From Auanema rhodensis (Eukaryota > Animalia > Nematoda), in NCBI GenBank assembly GCA_964057225.1, contig OZ059900.1, forward strand, positions 4,402,001 to 4,466,000: 64,000 nucleotides of DNA. Direction: 5' to 3'. Below the pieces are notes generated by a model. The model was not told the origin of the DNA. It did no database searches and was given only the letters and a program-made list of their open reading frames with translations. The translations under genes and the position numbers were made by a program. Each line of letters begins with the position of its first letter. Position 1 is the first letter of the stretch. Below are positions 61,901-64,000 of the stretch, piece by piece.

Positions 61901-64000
61901 TCTTTGGATACTTAGGTGGTATAGCTACCTGTTCACAAAAAATTGGAAGTCTTGGTTACCATGCATCAAATCCTTTAAGATAGTGTTTCTAGACTAATAT
62001 AACCATGGAAACTTCATTAAATTTCACAGTATTCTTCTATCTTCAACGGTATCCGAGTTACAAATCAAGATCACTTTCTTTGGATACTTAGGTGGTATAG
62101 CTACCTGTTCACAAAAAATTGGAAGTCCTGGTTACCATGCATCAAACCCATTAAGATTGTGTTTCTAGACTAATATGACCATGGGAAATTCATTTAAGTT
62201 CACAGTATTCTTCCATCTTTAACGGTATCCGAGTTACAAATCAAGATCACTTTCTTTGGATACTTAGGTGGTATAGCTACCTGTTCACAAAAAATTGGAA
62301 GTCTTGGTTACCATGCATCACATCCTTTGAGATAGTGTTTCTAGACTAATATGACCATGGGGACTTCATTAAAATTCACAGTATTCTTCCATCTTTAACG
62401 GTATCCGAGTTACAAATCAAGATCACTTTCTTTGGATACTTAGGTGGTATAGCTACCTGTTCACAAAAAATTGGAAGTCCTGGTTACCATGCATCAAACC
62501 CATTAAGATTGTGTTTCTAGACTAATATGACCATGAGAAATTAATTTAAGTTCACAGTATTCTTCTATCTTTAACGGTATCCGAGTTACAAATCAAGATC
62601 ACTTTCTTTGGATACTTAGGTGGTATAGCTACCTGTTCACAAAAAATTGGAAGTCCTATTTACCCATGCATCAAACACAATACGATAGTGTTTCTAGACT
62701 AATATGACCATGGGGAGTTCATTAAAATTAACAGTATTCTTTTATCTTTAACGGTATCCGAGTTACAAATCAAGATCACTCTCTTTGGATACTTAGGTGG
62801 TATAGCTACCTGTTCACAAAAAATTGGAAGTCTTGGTTACCATGCATCAAATCCTTTAAGATAGTGTTTCTAGACTAATATAACCATGGAAACTTCATTA
62901 AATTTCACAGTATTCTTCTATCTTCAACGGTATCCGAGTTACAAATCAAGATCACTTTCTTTGGATACTTAGGTGGTATAGCTACCTGTTCACAAAAAAT
63001 TGGAAGTCGTGGTTACCATGCATCAAACACAATAAGATAGTGTTTCTAGACTAATATAACCATGGGGACTTCATTAAAATTAACAGTATTCTTCTATCTT
63101 CAACGGTATCCGAGTTACAGATCAAGATCACTTTCTTTGGATACTTAGGTGATATAGCTACCTGTTCACAAAAAATTGGAAGTCCTATTTACCATGCATC
63201 AAACACAATACGATAGTGTTTCTAGACTAATATGACCATGGGGACTTCATTAAAATTAACAGTATTCTTTTATCTTTAACGGTATCCGAGTTACAAATCA
63301 AGATCACTTTCTTTGGATACTTAGGTGGTATAGCTACCTGTTCACAAAAAATTGGAAGTCTTGGTTACCATGCATCAAATCCTTTAAGATAGTGTTTCTA
63401 GACTAATATAACCATGGGGACTTCATTGAATTTCACAGTATTCTTCTATCTTCAACGGTATCCGAGTTACAAATCAAGATCACTTTCTTTGGATACTTAG
63501 GTGGTATAGCTACCTGTTCACAAAAAATTGGAAGTCCTGGTTACCATGCATCAAACCCATTAAGATTGTGTTTCTAGACTAATATGACCATGATGACTTC
63601 ATTAAATTTCACAGTATTCTTCTATCTTCAACGGTATCCGAGTTACAAATCAAGATCACTTTCTTTGGATACTTAGGTGGTATAGCTACCTGTTCACAAA
63701 AAATTGGAAGTCCTGGTTACCATGCATCAAACCCATTAAGATTGTGTTTCTAGACTAATATGACCATGGGAAATTCATTTAAGTTCACAGTATTCTTCCA
63801 TCTTTAACGGTATCCGAGTTACAAATCAAGATCACTTTCTTTGGATACTTAGGTGGTATAGCTACCTGTTCACAAAAAATTGGAAGTCTTGGTTACCATG
63901 CATCACATCCTTTGAGATAGTGTTTCTAGACTAATATGACCATGGGGACTTCATTAAAATCCACAGTATTCTTCCATCGTTAACGGTATCCGAGTTACAA
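49979..64000. repeat. 176-bp satellite, about 80 monomers, runs off the window
   Basis: Same unit as 11892-18692; diagnostic variants recur every 3698-4050 bp. Confidence 0.97.

Overview
AT-rich, repeat-dominated eukaryotic DNA. The 18S 5' end (CTGATTGATTCTGTCAGCG...GCTCAAGTAAAAGATTAAGCCATGC), the 5.8S start (CTAGCT...GCGATGGATCGGTT) and 42-47-nt introns ending TTTCAG point to a rhabditid nematode. The window is a rearranged rDNA/satellite region; no 18S or 28S gene is intact. 1-7570: two 4119-bp mini-rDNA units (30-bp spacer repeats, ETS, 5' half of 18S fused to the 28S 3' tail, then a spacer holding copies of the first 50-100 nt of 18S). 7573-18692 and 44499-64000: two copies of a block made of a retroelement 5' end, 28S, 18S fragment, 18S-head modules, a second retroelement 5' fragment and a 176-bp satellite. 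18803-35645: a 281-bp satellite, small intron-containing genes with a SET-domain fragment, an 11-kb 185-bp satellite and further gene-like DNA. 35646-48712 (minus): one rDNA unit whose 28S is split 27 nt downstream of the R2 site by two different decayed R4-like (RT + restriction-like endonuclease) retrotransposons in tandem. Best candidate for a new system: the 5' end of the 28S insertion is a compact cassette made of a tRNA-like head with Pol III A/B boxes starting exactly at the 28S junction, a TTTCAG acceptor 6 nt before an ATG, an intact 67-codon coiled-coil ORF, and a hairpin followed by the first T4 run. Functional interpretations are inferences; no searches or folding were run.
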